Assembly: GCA_021845865.1 (NCBI GenBank)
Contig: JAJZVC010000012.1
Location: 29 to 64,028, forward strand
From: Pseudomonadota bacterium
GTDB lineage: Bacteria > Pseudomonadota > Gammaproteobacteria > Burkholderiales > UBA9220
DNA: 64,000 nt
Direction of reading: 5' to 3'
The notes beneath the pieces are model-generated. The model was not told the origin of the DNA and ran no database searches. It saw only the letters and a program-made list of their open reading frames with translations. The position numbers were made by a program, and so were the translations under genes. This document shows, in pieces, positions 1 through 7,850 of the stretch; position 1 is the stretch's first letter, and each line of letters starts with the position of its first letter.

Positions 1-111
1 GTTCTTGGTGGCGTGAATCTTGTTGGTCACCCCCTGCAGCTTGCGGGTGAACGCCAGCTTGGAGCTGATCTCCGAGATGTCGTCGGGTTTCTGCGTCACA
101 TCAGGAGCCAT
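1..111 (-). CDS. 5' end of an unidentified CDS that runs off the left edge of the window
   Basis: ATG at 111-109 on the minus strand, 25 nt after the stop of the FecR-like gene. Reads MAPDVTQKPDDISEISSKLAFTRKLQGVTNKIHATKN... Too short for the ORF track; product not recognisable. Confidence 0.3.
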   Translation of the reverse strand, partial: MAPDVTQKPDDISEISSKLAFTRKLQGVTNKIHATKN

Positions 112-135
112 GCTTTTCTTCCACTGTTGCACCCA

Positions 136-1839
136 TCATTTGAGCACGATCGCCCCGCTGATGGCCGCCGTTCCCGGCACCGTGGCGCTGAACGAGGTCA
201 GCGCCCCGTTCACCGTGGAGCCTGAACCGATCAAGACACCATGGGCCTCGCCCTTGCCGCCAGCCGCGAGGATATCGGTGGTCGAACCAGAGGTATATGT
301 TGACCCCGACAACAAGCCCAAACCACAAGGGCTTGTCGAGCAGCCGCCACCATAAAACTGCTGTATTCCTTCACCGGAGTTGCCATAAGCCAAGGACCAC
401 GTTCTGCCGCTTGCCGAGGCGGAAATGCTTAGTGAAATATCCTTAGTCGGGTAGCTTATCGTCAAGGTTCCACTGAGCGTGGAATACACGTTACCCAGCT
501 CATCCGTGACCGATCCGCCAACAAGGGTAGAAAAGGTCTTGCTCGCCGCCAGTGCGTTGACGTAACTATCCGCCTCGAGATAATTCAATGCAGAACTGGC
601 CCAGGCTAAGTTCATCACGAGAGGATATTGGGTGCCATCGTGGTCAACCATCACATCGTCCCCCACATACCGTCCCCATGCCACCTTTTCACCCGAGGGA
701 AGAGTCGTTGAACCATAACCGTAGACAGATGCCGTCCCCGCCGAATACTGGAAATTGTCGTAGGCGTTCTGCTCTGCCAGGAGGATGGGCATCCCAGTTG
801 CAGCATTGACCAACATGGTCTGGGTTTTCCCCGCTTCCCGTACAATCGCGCCTGCCCCGGCCCAGTAGCCGGTGTATGAGGTACAAGTGGGAGAGCCCAC
901 ACATTCCGTTCGCCAGGTTATTTCCGACCCCACGCCACCATAGCCGTAGGGCGCATCAATATATGAAGTGGCCGTGGCAACCCCGCCACTCGTTACCGTG
1001 CTGCCGGTAACGATATTGGTGGTAGCCGGCGGAGCGGTTGTCACGGTTGATGCGACAGTCGTCGCGCTTGAAGCCGGCCCGCTGCCAGAAGTGGTCTGGC
1101 CACCCTCCTGCTGGCTATCCTGCGAGGAAGACGAACTGCTCTTCTTGCCACCGTTATCTCCATTCTGTTGCTGCCCATTCTTCTCGCCGCTGTCCTTGTC
1201 CTCCTTCTTTTCACCCTGGCCCGGCTTTGCCGCCTCGAAAATCGGCGGCATCGCCGGCAGAATGGCGGCCGGGGTCTGGAGGTTGGGGGTATAACCCACC
1301 TGGTTGGGATTGATCACCGTGCCGTTCATCACCGTGGCGCCGGTGTTCACCTTGTTGTAGGTACCTTCCGGCACCCCGGGGAGGGGGGTCGTCACGTGCA
1401 CCGTCTCGCTGTCGGTGCCGCGGATGCCGATGGTGGCCGACGGGGTCTTGATGCCGTAGTTCTCCTTGTGCTTCTTGCCGATGAGGCCGGTGATGGAACG
1501 GAAGCCGCCCTTCACGATGGAGAAGAAGCTGCGCTCGCTGCCGTCGTCCTTGCCGTCGAACTTGTACTCGTCGATCTTCATCCGGGTTTCGGGGCGCACC
1601 GCGAGAATGCCGCCGTCCACCAGCAGGATTTGCGCCGTGCCGGAAGCCCCGGAGAGGATAGACTCCCCTTCGTTGACCTCGCCGCCCTTGCGGGCGGGGC
1701 GCTCCTTGCCCGCGGCGTCCAGCACCTTCACTTCGCCGACCACGAACTGGAAGCGCCCCGCCGCCGCTTCGGCCAGGGAAACGAACAACAGCTGGAGAAC
1801 CAACCCCAGCGCCAGCCACCCGAAATTCTTCCGCATCAT
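136..1839 (-). CDS. Secreted FecR-domain protein with a long low-complexity linker and an unassigned beta-rich C-terminal domain
   Basis: ORF 136..1869. Preferred ATG at 1839 has AAGGAG 8 nt upstream and gives a signal-peptide-like MMRKNFGWLALGLVLQLLFVSLAEAAAG. FecR-type N-terminal region (GRFQFVVGEVKV...ILLVDGGILAVRPETRMKIDEY), about 80 aa of Ser/Gly/Thr/Gln-rich linker, then about 290 aa of Gly/Ser/Thr/Tyr-rich sequence. Confidence 0.75.
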   Translation of the reverse strand: MMRKNFGWLALGLVLQLLFVSLAEAAAGRFQFVVGEVKVLDAAGKERPARKGGEVNEGESILSGASGTAQILLVDGGILAVRPETRMKIDEYKFDGKDDGSERSFFSIVKGGFRSITGLIGKKHKENYGIKTPSATIGIRGTDSETVHVTTPLPGVPEGTYNKVNTGATVMNGTVINPNQVGYTPNLQTPAAILPAMPPIFEAAKPGQGEKKEDKDSGEKNGQQQNGDNGGKKSSSSSSQDSQQEGGQTTSGSGPASSATTVASTVTTAPPATTNIVTGSTVTSGGVATATSYIDAPYGYGGVGSEITWRTECVGSPTCTSYTGYWAGAGAIVREAGKTQTMLVNAATGMPILLAEQNAYDNFQYSAGTASVYGYGSTTLPSGEKVAWGRYVGDDVMVDHDGTQYPLVMNLAWASSALNYLEADSYVNALAASKTFSTLVGGSVTDELGNVYSTLSGTLTISYPTKDISLSISASASGRTWSLAYGNSGEGIQQFYGGGCSTSPCGLGLLSGSTYTSGSTTDILAAGGKGEAHGVLIGSGSTVNGALTSFSATVPGTAAISGAIVLK

Positions 1840-1865
1840 GGCGTTCGCTCCTTCATCACGCCTGG

Positions 1866-3209
1866 TCATTTGAAATCCCGCCGCAGGGTCACCGAGGCAT
1901 CAATCCGGTCGTAATCGTTGATGGCCACGTTGGAGTCCACCCGGGTATAGCTTACCTGGGGACGTAGCGTCCAGTTCTGAATAGGGCGCCAGTTCATTCC
2001 AACACTCAGATCGTACTGTTCGTCGCTGCGGTAATCGCCAAAAAGGAAATTCTTCTCAGTGTAGCCGCCGAACTTCACGCCGGCCACGGCAAAGGCGTCC
2101 AGCTTGGGATTGAAAGTCATCTGGCCGCCGACCCTCGCCCCCCAGAAACGCTGGTCGCCGTCGATGCGATCCACCGGGCCGGTGGTGCGCTCCTGGCCGT
2201 TGTACAGGCTGGCGAAGAGAATTTTTTGCCCGGCGTCGTCCAGGGCGTGAATCCATCCCCCGCCGATCACATACTGGTTCACATCCTGGGAAGACAAATC
2301 CACCCCGGTCTTGTCATGGCCGTAGCGCAGCATGGTGTACTGGCCGAACAAGGCCAGTTGGTCGCGGCGGCCGAGGTTGTGACGCCATTCGCCGACCGCC
2401 CCCGAGGTTTCGCGGTTGAACTTGTCGTCCAGATAGAACACGCCCTTGTTGACGGTCAGCTTATACGTGTCGTCGCCCCGCTCCAGCATGGCGCCGCCGT
2501 GGAAATCGGCGTTGTCGGTGTTGAAGGTATCCTTGAAGAAATTGATCCGCTTCTTGCCGTCGAGACCGGCCAGGAGGGACCAGCCTTCGCGCAGGGGATA
2601 CTTGTACTCGAAGCCCCCGCCCAGGGACAGGTAATTGTCGCGGCTGGCGACGCTGGCGGAAGACAGGGTGAAGGTGGCGCCGAACACGGGCATGTAAATC
2701 TGGTTGGCATTGGCGGCGCTGTTGACGTTGGTGTCGTAGCCGAAACTGCCTTCCAGGTAGCCGGTGAAGCTGGGGTGGGGATGCTGCTTGTCCTCGATGG
2801 CGGCCAGATATTTTTCGCCGAGGCTCCTGGCAACGGGCGGGGGATTCTGGCTCATGACGGTCTCGAATTCCGTCTTGGAGCGGTCGTAGTCGCCGAGATC
2901 GAAATAGGCGCGGGCCAGGTCGAGGCGCGCGCCGGCGAAGTTGGGATTCACCGCCAGGACCCGCTCCAGTGCCAGCGTCGCCCGGTCCGGCTTGCCGCTG
3001 TCGAGGGCGGCGACACCCAGCAGATAATCGTACTCCACATCGCCGGCACGGTCGAATTCCAGCGGCGCCAGCAAGGCATAGGCTTCCTTGGCCTTGCCTT
3101 GCCTCTGCAAGGCCGCGGCCTTAGCCAAGTTATCGTCGGCGGCCCAGGTTGAACCGCTCCCTCCCCAAAGGGCCAGCACCAGCAAAAGCCCGCCCGCCGT
3201 CTTTTTCAT
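1866..3209 (-). CDS. TPR-repeat outer-membrane beta-barrel protein (Slam/DUF560-like architecture)
   Basis: ORF 1866..3389. ATG 3209 gives the signal peptide MKKTAGGLLLVLALWGGSGSTWA. N-terminal TPR-like helices (AKEAYALLAPLE...ARLDLARAYFDLGDYDRSK), then about 300 aa with alternating beta-strand pattern ending ...RIDASVTLRRDFK, typical of an OM barrel. Confidence 0.7.
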   Translation of the reverse strand: MKKTAGGLLLVLALWGGSGSTWAADDNLAKAAALQRQGKAKEAYALLAPLEFDRAGDVEYDYLLGVAALDSGKPDRATLALERVLAVNPNFAGARLDLARAYFDLGDYDRSKTEFETVMSQNPPPVARSLGEKYLAAIEDKQHPHPSFTGYLEGSFGYDTNVNSAANANQIYMPVFGATFTLSSASVASRDNYLSLGGGFEYKYPLREGWSLLAGLDGKKRINFFKDTFNTDNADFHGGAMLERGDDTYKLTVNKGVFYLDDKFNRETSGAVGEWRHNLGRRDQLALFGQYTMLRYGHDKTGVDLSSQDVNQYVIGGGWIHALDDAGQKILFASLYNGQERTTGPVDRIDGDQRFWGARVGGQMTFNPKLDAFAVAGVKFGGYTEKNFLFGDYRSDEQYDLSVGMNWRPIQNWTLRPQVSYTRVDSNVAINDYDRIDASVTLRRDFK

Positions 3210-3220
3210 CTTTATCCCTA

Positions 3221-3994
3221 TCAAAATTCCAGTATCTGGTTGTTTTGCAGCATGCGCGGCTTGAAGGCCGCGCCATCCTGTTCGATTTCCTTCATCGTCA
3301 ACTCCACCTCCCCCGGCTTCAGGTGGGTGACATAGATTTCCGCCGGCACCTTGAGTTTTTTCAACTCCTCCGCCAGCATGGACGGGCACAAGTGCTTGGC
3401 GGCGATGGCCAGTTCCTTTTCCCGGTTGCAGAAGGCGGTCTCGATGATGAGATAGCGGAGATTACCGATGCGGTTGACGACTTCCCACAGGGGATCGTTG
3501 ACGGTGGTGTCGCCGCTGAAGACCAGACTGCCCGCGCCGCTGTCGAGGTGGAAGCCCACGGCCGGCACCACGTGGTTGGCAGGGACGGGGGTAATCTTTC
3601 GCCCCCCCAGGGTCATGGTTTCGCCCACGGAAAAAGCGCGAAACGCCATGGCCGGTTTCTCGGCGCTGGGAATCACGCTGAAATCGGGCCACAGTTTCCA
3701 GTTGAACATGTGGTCCCGCAGGGTCTGGATGGTTTTTTCCAGGGCGTGAACGGTTATCGGCTTGTCCCGGAAAAAGCCCACCGTGTCCACCAGGAACGGG
3801 ATGCTGGTGGTATGGTCGAGGTGGGAATGGGTGACGAACACATGGTCGATTTTCATCAGGTCGTCGAAACTCAGGTCCCCGACCCCCGTGCCGGCGTCGA
3901 TGAGAATATCGTCGTCCAGCAGCAGGGACGTGGTGCGCATCCCGCTCCCGATACCCCCGCTGCATCCCAGTACTTTCAGTCTCATCCGCTTCAT
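3221..3994 (-). CDS. MBL-fold 3',5'-cyclic-nucleotide phosphodiesterase (class II PDE-like)
   Basis: 257 aa. Metal motif HVFVTHSHLDH with LKVLGCSGG N-terminus as in class II cNMP phosphodiesterases. Sits 12 nt downstream of the cyclase gene. Confidence 0.7.
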   Translation of the reverse strand: MKRMRLKVLGCSGGIGSGMRTTSLLLDDDILIDAGTGVGDLSFDDLMKIDHVFVTHSHLDHTTSIPFLVDTVGFFRDKPITVHALEKTIQTLRDHMFNWKLWPDFSVIPSAEKPAMAFRAFSVGETMTLGGRKITPVPANHVVPAVGFHLDSGAGSLVFSGDTTVNDPLWEVVNRIGNLRYLIIETAFCNREKELAIAAKHLCPSMLAEELKKLKVPAEIYVTHLKPGEVELTMKEIEQDGAAFKPRMLQNNQILEF

Positions 3995-4006
3995 CCACGC
4001 TTGTCG

Positions 4007-6220
4007 TTATTTGGTCTTGAACACGAACACGCCGTCCCAGTCCTCGCCCGGCGGGTTGGCGCGGAAATACGCCACCCGCTCGAGATAAAGCTGGTAAAGC
4101 GCGCAGTCAGGGGACTGTTGCGCCAGTTCGCGCAATAGCGCCTCCGCCTCGTCCCAACGGCTTTTCCGGTAGTAGCCGAGAGCTTCCTCGAAGGAATCTA
4201 GTTCATCCAGAACCTTCTTGTCCAGTTCTTCCGCCAAGCCCAAGGGCTCGAAAATCGCCACCGGCTCGTCCTTTCCCTTCACCCTTACCCGGTCCAGTTC
4301 CCGGAATACCACCCCCGTCACCTTGTCGCGGGTATGCTCGCCGACGATGATGCCCACGCCGTACTGTTTGGTGATGCCCTCCAAGCGCGAACCAAGGTTC
4401 ACGGCATCCCCCATCACCGTGTAGGCCATGCGGAACTGGGATCCCATGTTGCCGACGCTCATCACGCCGGTATTGATGCCGACGCCGATGCGGATTTCCG
4501 GCCAGCCCTTGGCGATGAACTGGGGCCGCAGCTCCGCCAACGTGGCCTGCATCTCCATGGCCGCCAGGACGGCGTGGCGGGCGTGGTCCTCGTCCGCCAG
4601 GGGCGCGCCCCAGAAGGCCATGATGGCATCGCCGATGTATTTGTCGATGGTGCCGCGATGCTTGTGGATGATGCGGGTCATCGGCGTCATGTATTCGTTC
4701 ATCAGGCGGCTGAGGTCCTTCGGCTTCAGCCCCTCGGAAATGGTGGTGAAACCGCGCACATCGGAGAACAGCACCGTCATTTCGCGGCTTTCGCCTTCCA
4801 TGGTGAATTTCTCCGGGTCGCGGCTCATCTCGTCCACCAGCTCGGGAGGGACGTACTGGCCGAACAAGCCGGTGATCTGGCGCTTGGCGCGGGATTCGAC
4901 GAAGAAACCGTAGGACATGTTGAGGATGTAGATCAACAGGACCATCAACAACGGCGCCGCCAGGGGCAGCACCATGTTGCCGTGCTGCCAGACGGCGAAG
5001 TTGGACCCCACGATGCCTCCCAGCACCAGGAAGGTCACGAGGCTGGCCCGGACCGGGCTCAGCAGCGGCAGCAGCAGGGTCAGCAACAGACCGGCCGCCA
5101 GCAGGGTCAGCACCTCGACCGCCAAAACGTAGGCCGGCTTGAACTTGATGTTCTGGTCCAGCATGCCGGCAATGAGGTTGGCGTGCACTTCCACCCCCGG
5201 GAACACCGACGATACCGGCGTCGCCCGCAAGTCCATCAGGCCCGGAGCCGTGGTGCCCACGAGGACGATCTTGCCCTCCAGCAATTCGCGCGGCACGCGG
5301 TTGTGCAGCACGTCGGCGGCCGAGACATAGGGAAAGCTGGCCTGCCGGCCGCGGTAGGGGATCAGGGCGGCCACGTGCTCGTCCACGGGCACCTTGAGGT
5401 CGCCGACGCCGAGCCACTCCAGCAGCGTATAGCCGCCATTGCCCGCATCCGCGGGAAAACCGGCAATCAGCGGCGGCCCGCCCATCAGGGTCCGCACCAC
5501 GGCCAGGGACAGGGCCTCGTAGTAGGCGCCCCGGTATTCCACCAGCAGGCTGACGCGCCGCGCCACGCCGTCCTGGTCCGGCTCGAAGCTGAAATAACCG
5601 GCGCTGGCGGCGTTTTTCTGCAGTTCAGGCAGGTTGGCGCCGTAGCCGTTCACGGTGGAAAAAGGGATGCCCATCCCGGCGAACGTGCCGGCGGGAAAAA
5701 CCGGGGGCGGCAGAACGCCGCTGACGTTGCCCTGATTGGTGAAGTAGTAGCCGAGCACCACCGAGCGGTCTTTGATCTTTTTGGCGAACAGGGCGTCGTA
5801 GTCCAGCTCCGGACGCAGGCGGGTCAGAACGCTCTGGTAACGCTCATCCCCCTTCAGGTCCTTGCGGGCCAGGCCCTCCAGCACCTTCAGGCCGGAACTT
5901 TCGTCCCGTTCCGCGTACACCACGTCGAAACCCGTCACCGCCACCCGGTAGTGGTCGGACAGGTTGTCCAGCATCTTCGCCAGCTTTGCCCGGGACCAGG
6001 GCCAGCGCCCCTCCTGCGCCAAGCTCTTTTCGTCGATATCGACGATGACGATGCGCGGGTCCACCGTCCGCGGCATGGTGAGGTTGAGGCGCAGGTCGTA
6101 ACTCAGGGCTTCCAGACGGCTGACGAACCCCAAGGGCAGGATATCCACGGCGTCGAGCAGAAACGCCGCCAGCACCAGCATGCCCATGGCGACGCGCATG
6201 GCGTGTTTTTTAAATAGCAT
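4007..6220 (-). CDS. CHASE2-domain transmembrane adenylate/guanylate cyclase (class III)
   Basis: 737 aa. N-terminal TM helix, periplasmic CHASE2-like region (IVIVDIDEKSLAQEGRWPWSR), cluster of TM helices. Catalytic core has TVLFSDVRGFTTISE, GDAIMAFWGAP and YTVMGDAVNLGSRLE. Confidence 0.9.
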   Translation of the reverse strand: MLFKKHAMRVAMGMLVLAAFLLDAVDILPLGFVSRLEALSYDLRLNLTMPRTVDPRIVIVDIDEKSLAQEGRWPWSRAKLAKMLDNLSDHYRVAVTGFDVVYAERDESSGLKVLEGLARKDLKGDERYQSVLTRLRPELDYDALFAKKIKDRSVVLGYYFTNQGNVSGVLPPPVFPAGTFAGMGIPFSTVNGYGANLPELQKNAASAGYFSFEPDQDGVARRVSLLVEYRGAYYEALSLAVVRTLMGGPPLIAGFPADAGNGGYTLLEWLGVGDLKVPVDEHVAALIPYRGRQASFPYVSAADVLHNRVPRELLEGKIVLVGTTAPGLMDLRATPVSSVFPGVEVHANLIAGMLDQNIKFKPAYVLAVEVLTLLAAGLLLTLLLPLLSPVRASLVTFLVLGGIVGSNFAVWQHGNMVLPLAAPLLMVLLIYILNMSYGFFVESRAKRQITGLFGQYVPPELVDEMSRDPEKFTMEGESREMTVLFSDVRGFTTISEGLKPKDLSRLMNEYMTPMTRIIHKHRGTIDKYIGDAIMAFWGAPLADEDHARHAVLAAMEMQATLAELRPQFIAKGWPEIRIGVGINTGVMSVGNMGSQFRMAYTVMGDAVNLGSRLEGITKQYGVGIIVGEHTRDKVTGVVFRELDRVRVKGKDEPVAIFEPLGLAEELDKKVLDELDSFEEALGYYRKSRWDEAEALLRELAQQSPDCALYQLYLERVAYFRANPPGEDWDGVFVFKTK

Positions 6221-6256
6221 CCGGCCCGTTCCCCCTGTCCGTCCGCGGCGCAGCGC

Positions 6257-7021
6257 CTATTTGAAGAAAAATTCCATCTTGATGCCGGCCAGCTCGATCA
6301 CGTCATGGTCGTTCAGGACGTGGGCCTGGGCATCCAGCGTCTGGCCGTTGACCATGGGGAAACTTTCCCCCTGGACGTGGGTGATGAAGTAGCCCTGGGG
6401 GCGGCGGGTGATCACCGCCACCTGCACGCCGGGCTTGCCGAGGGAGGTCAGCGTCTTGGTCAGTTCCAGCTCCTTGCCCGCATTGGCGCCGGTGAGAATC
6501 TGGATGGCCGCCACCGGCTGGTTCTCCTCAGGCTTGACGGCAGCCGCCGCCGGCGCGGGCGCGGGCTCCTCCTCGTCGGTCCGCACTTCCTCGTAACGGC
6601 TCACCGGCTGGGTGCTGGCGTGGCTGGCCGCCACGGGCTCCTCCACGGGCGCCGGCTTCGCCGCCAAGGGAGAAGACCGGATGATCATGGTGCGCTCGAA
6701 ATCCTGGGGCTCCGCTTCCGGCGCGGCCGCGGCCTGTCCGGTGAAGTAAGTCAGGCGGTATTTGCCGATTTCGATCACATCGTCATTCTGCAGGTAATGC
6801 TTCTTGACCGGCTCGCCGTTGACCAGGGTGCCGTTGGTGCTGTCCATGTCCTCGAGGAAGGAATCGTTGAGGATGGTGGTGATCACCGCGTGCTCCCCGC
6901 TCACCGCCAGATTGTCGATCTGGATATCGTTACTGGGCCGGCGGCCAATGGTGATCCGCTCCTTGTCGATCAGATACTCGCGAACCGTCTGCCCGTCCAA
7001 ACTCAAAATCAGCTTTGCCAT
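6257..7021 (-). CDS. FHA-domain protein (N-terminal FHA plus a second FHA-like C-terminal domain)
   Basis: ITIGRRPSNDIQIDNLAVSGEHAVI...STNGTLVNGEPV. Pro/Ala/Glu-rich linker. C-terminal FHA-like segment ending VIELAGIKMEFFFK. ATG 7021 preferred over the TTG at 7033 used by the ORF track. Confidence 0.85.
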   Translation of the reverse strand: MAKLILSLDGQTVREYLIDKERITIGRRPSNDIQIDNLAVSGEHAVITTILNDSFLEDMDSTNGTLVNGEPVKKHYLQNDDVIEIGKYRLTYFTGQAAAAPEAEPQDFERTMIIRSSPLAAKPAPVEEPVAASHASTQPVSRYEEVRTDEEEPAPAPAAAAVKPEENQPVAAIQILTGANAGKELELTKTLTSLGKPGVQVAVITRRPQGYFITHVQGESFPMVNGQTLDAQAHVLNDHDVIELAGIKMEFFFK

Positions 7022-7043
7022 AATCTTCCCCAAAACATGCCCT

Positions 7044-7850
7044 TCATAGCCCCAGCCAGCTCAGCAGACGCGACCATGCGTTGCGCGGAGCGGCAAAATC
7101 CTGCACTACCTTCACCAGAATCACCGAAACGTTATCCCGTCCGCCATTGTCGTTGGCCATCTGGATCAATTGTTCCGCCGCCAAGGGCAGGTTGGGCCCC
7201 ATCACCGTCAAGGTGAGGCGGATATCCTCGTCCTCCACCATATCGTTGAGACCGTCGGAACAGAGCAGGTAAATATCCCCGGGCCGGACTTCGTGCTCGC
7301 CGAGCGCCACTTCCACCTGAGGGTCCACTCCCAGGGCCCGCGTCACCAGGTTCCGGTTATGGGACAACCGCGCCGCTTCCGGGGTTATCATGCCGCTGTC
7401 TATCTGGTCCTGCAACAACGAGTGGTCGCGGGTAATCTGCGCCAGCTCTTCGCCGCGCAGGCGGTAAAGGCGGGAATCCCCCACATGGGCGGTAAAAATC
7501 CGGTTGTCGTGAAACAGCGCCATCACCAGGGTCGTCCCCATGCCGGCGCATTGCGGCTGGCTCTGGGCGGTTTGGTAAATGACGCCATTGGCCTTCACCG
7601 CCTGCTCCCGCAGCAGGGCCCCCATGTCCAACTGACTACGCCCCCCAGCATCCAGACCGGCTCGCAGCCCTTCCGAGATCAGGTTGACGGCGATGCCGCT
7701 GGCCACCTCGCCAGCGTTGTACCCCCCCATGCCGTCCGCCAGCACGGCGAACCCCCGGGCGGCATCGGCCACTACCGCATCCTCGTTGTGGGAACGCACC
7801 ATCCCTGGGTGCGTGACGGTGACGATTTCCAGAGCTCTGTCGAGGCTCAT
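7044..7850 (-). CDS. PP2C-family Ser/Thr protein phosphatase
   Basis: Motifs HPGMVRSHNEDA, ADGMGG, LCSDGL, GGRDNVS. ATG 7850 forms an ATGA start/stop overlap with the upstream kinase gene. Confidence 0.9.
   Translation of the reverse strand: MSLDRALEIVTVTHPGMVRSHNEDAVVADAARGFAVLADGMGGYNAGEVASGIAVNLISEGLRAGLDAGGRSQLDMGALLREQAVKANGVIYQTAQSQPQCAGMGTTLVMALFHDNRIFTAHVGDSRLYRLRGEELAQITRDHSLLQDQIDSGMITPEAARLSHNRNLVTRALGVDPQVEVALGEHEVRPGDIYLLCSDGLNDMVEDEDIRLTLTVMGPNLPLAAEQLIQMANDNGGRDNVSVILVKVVQDFAAPRNAWSRLLSWLGL

Noticed and set aside
4334-6217. 627-aa plus-strand ORF
   Set aside because: It lies antisense to the CHASE2 cyclase gene. It has an Arg/Gly/His/Gln-rich low-complexity composition typical of shadow ORFs in high-GC DNA, and no motifs.
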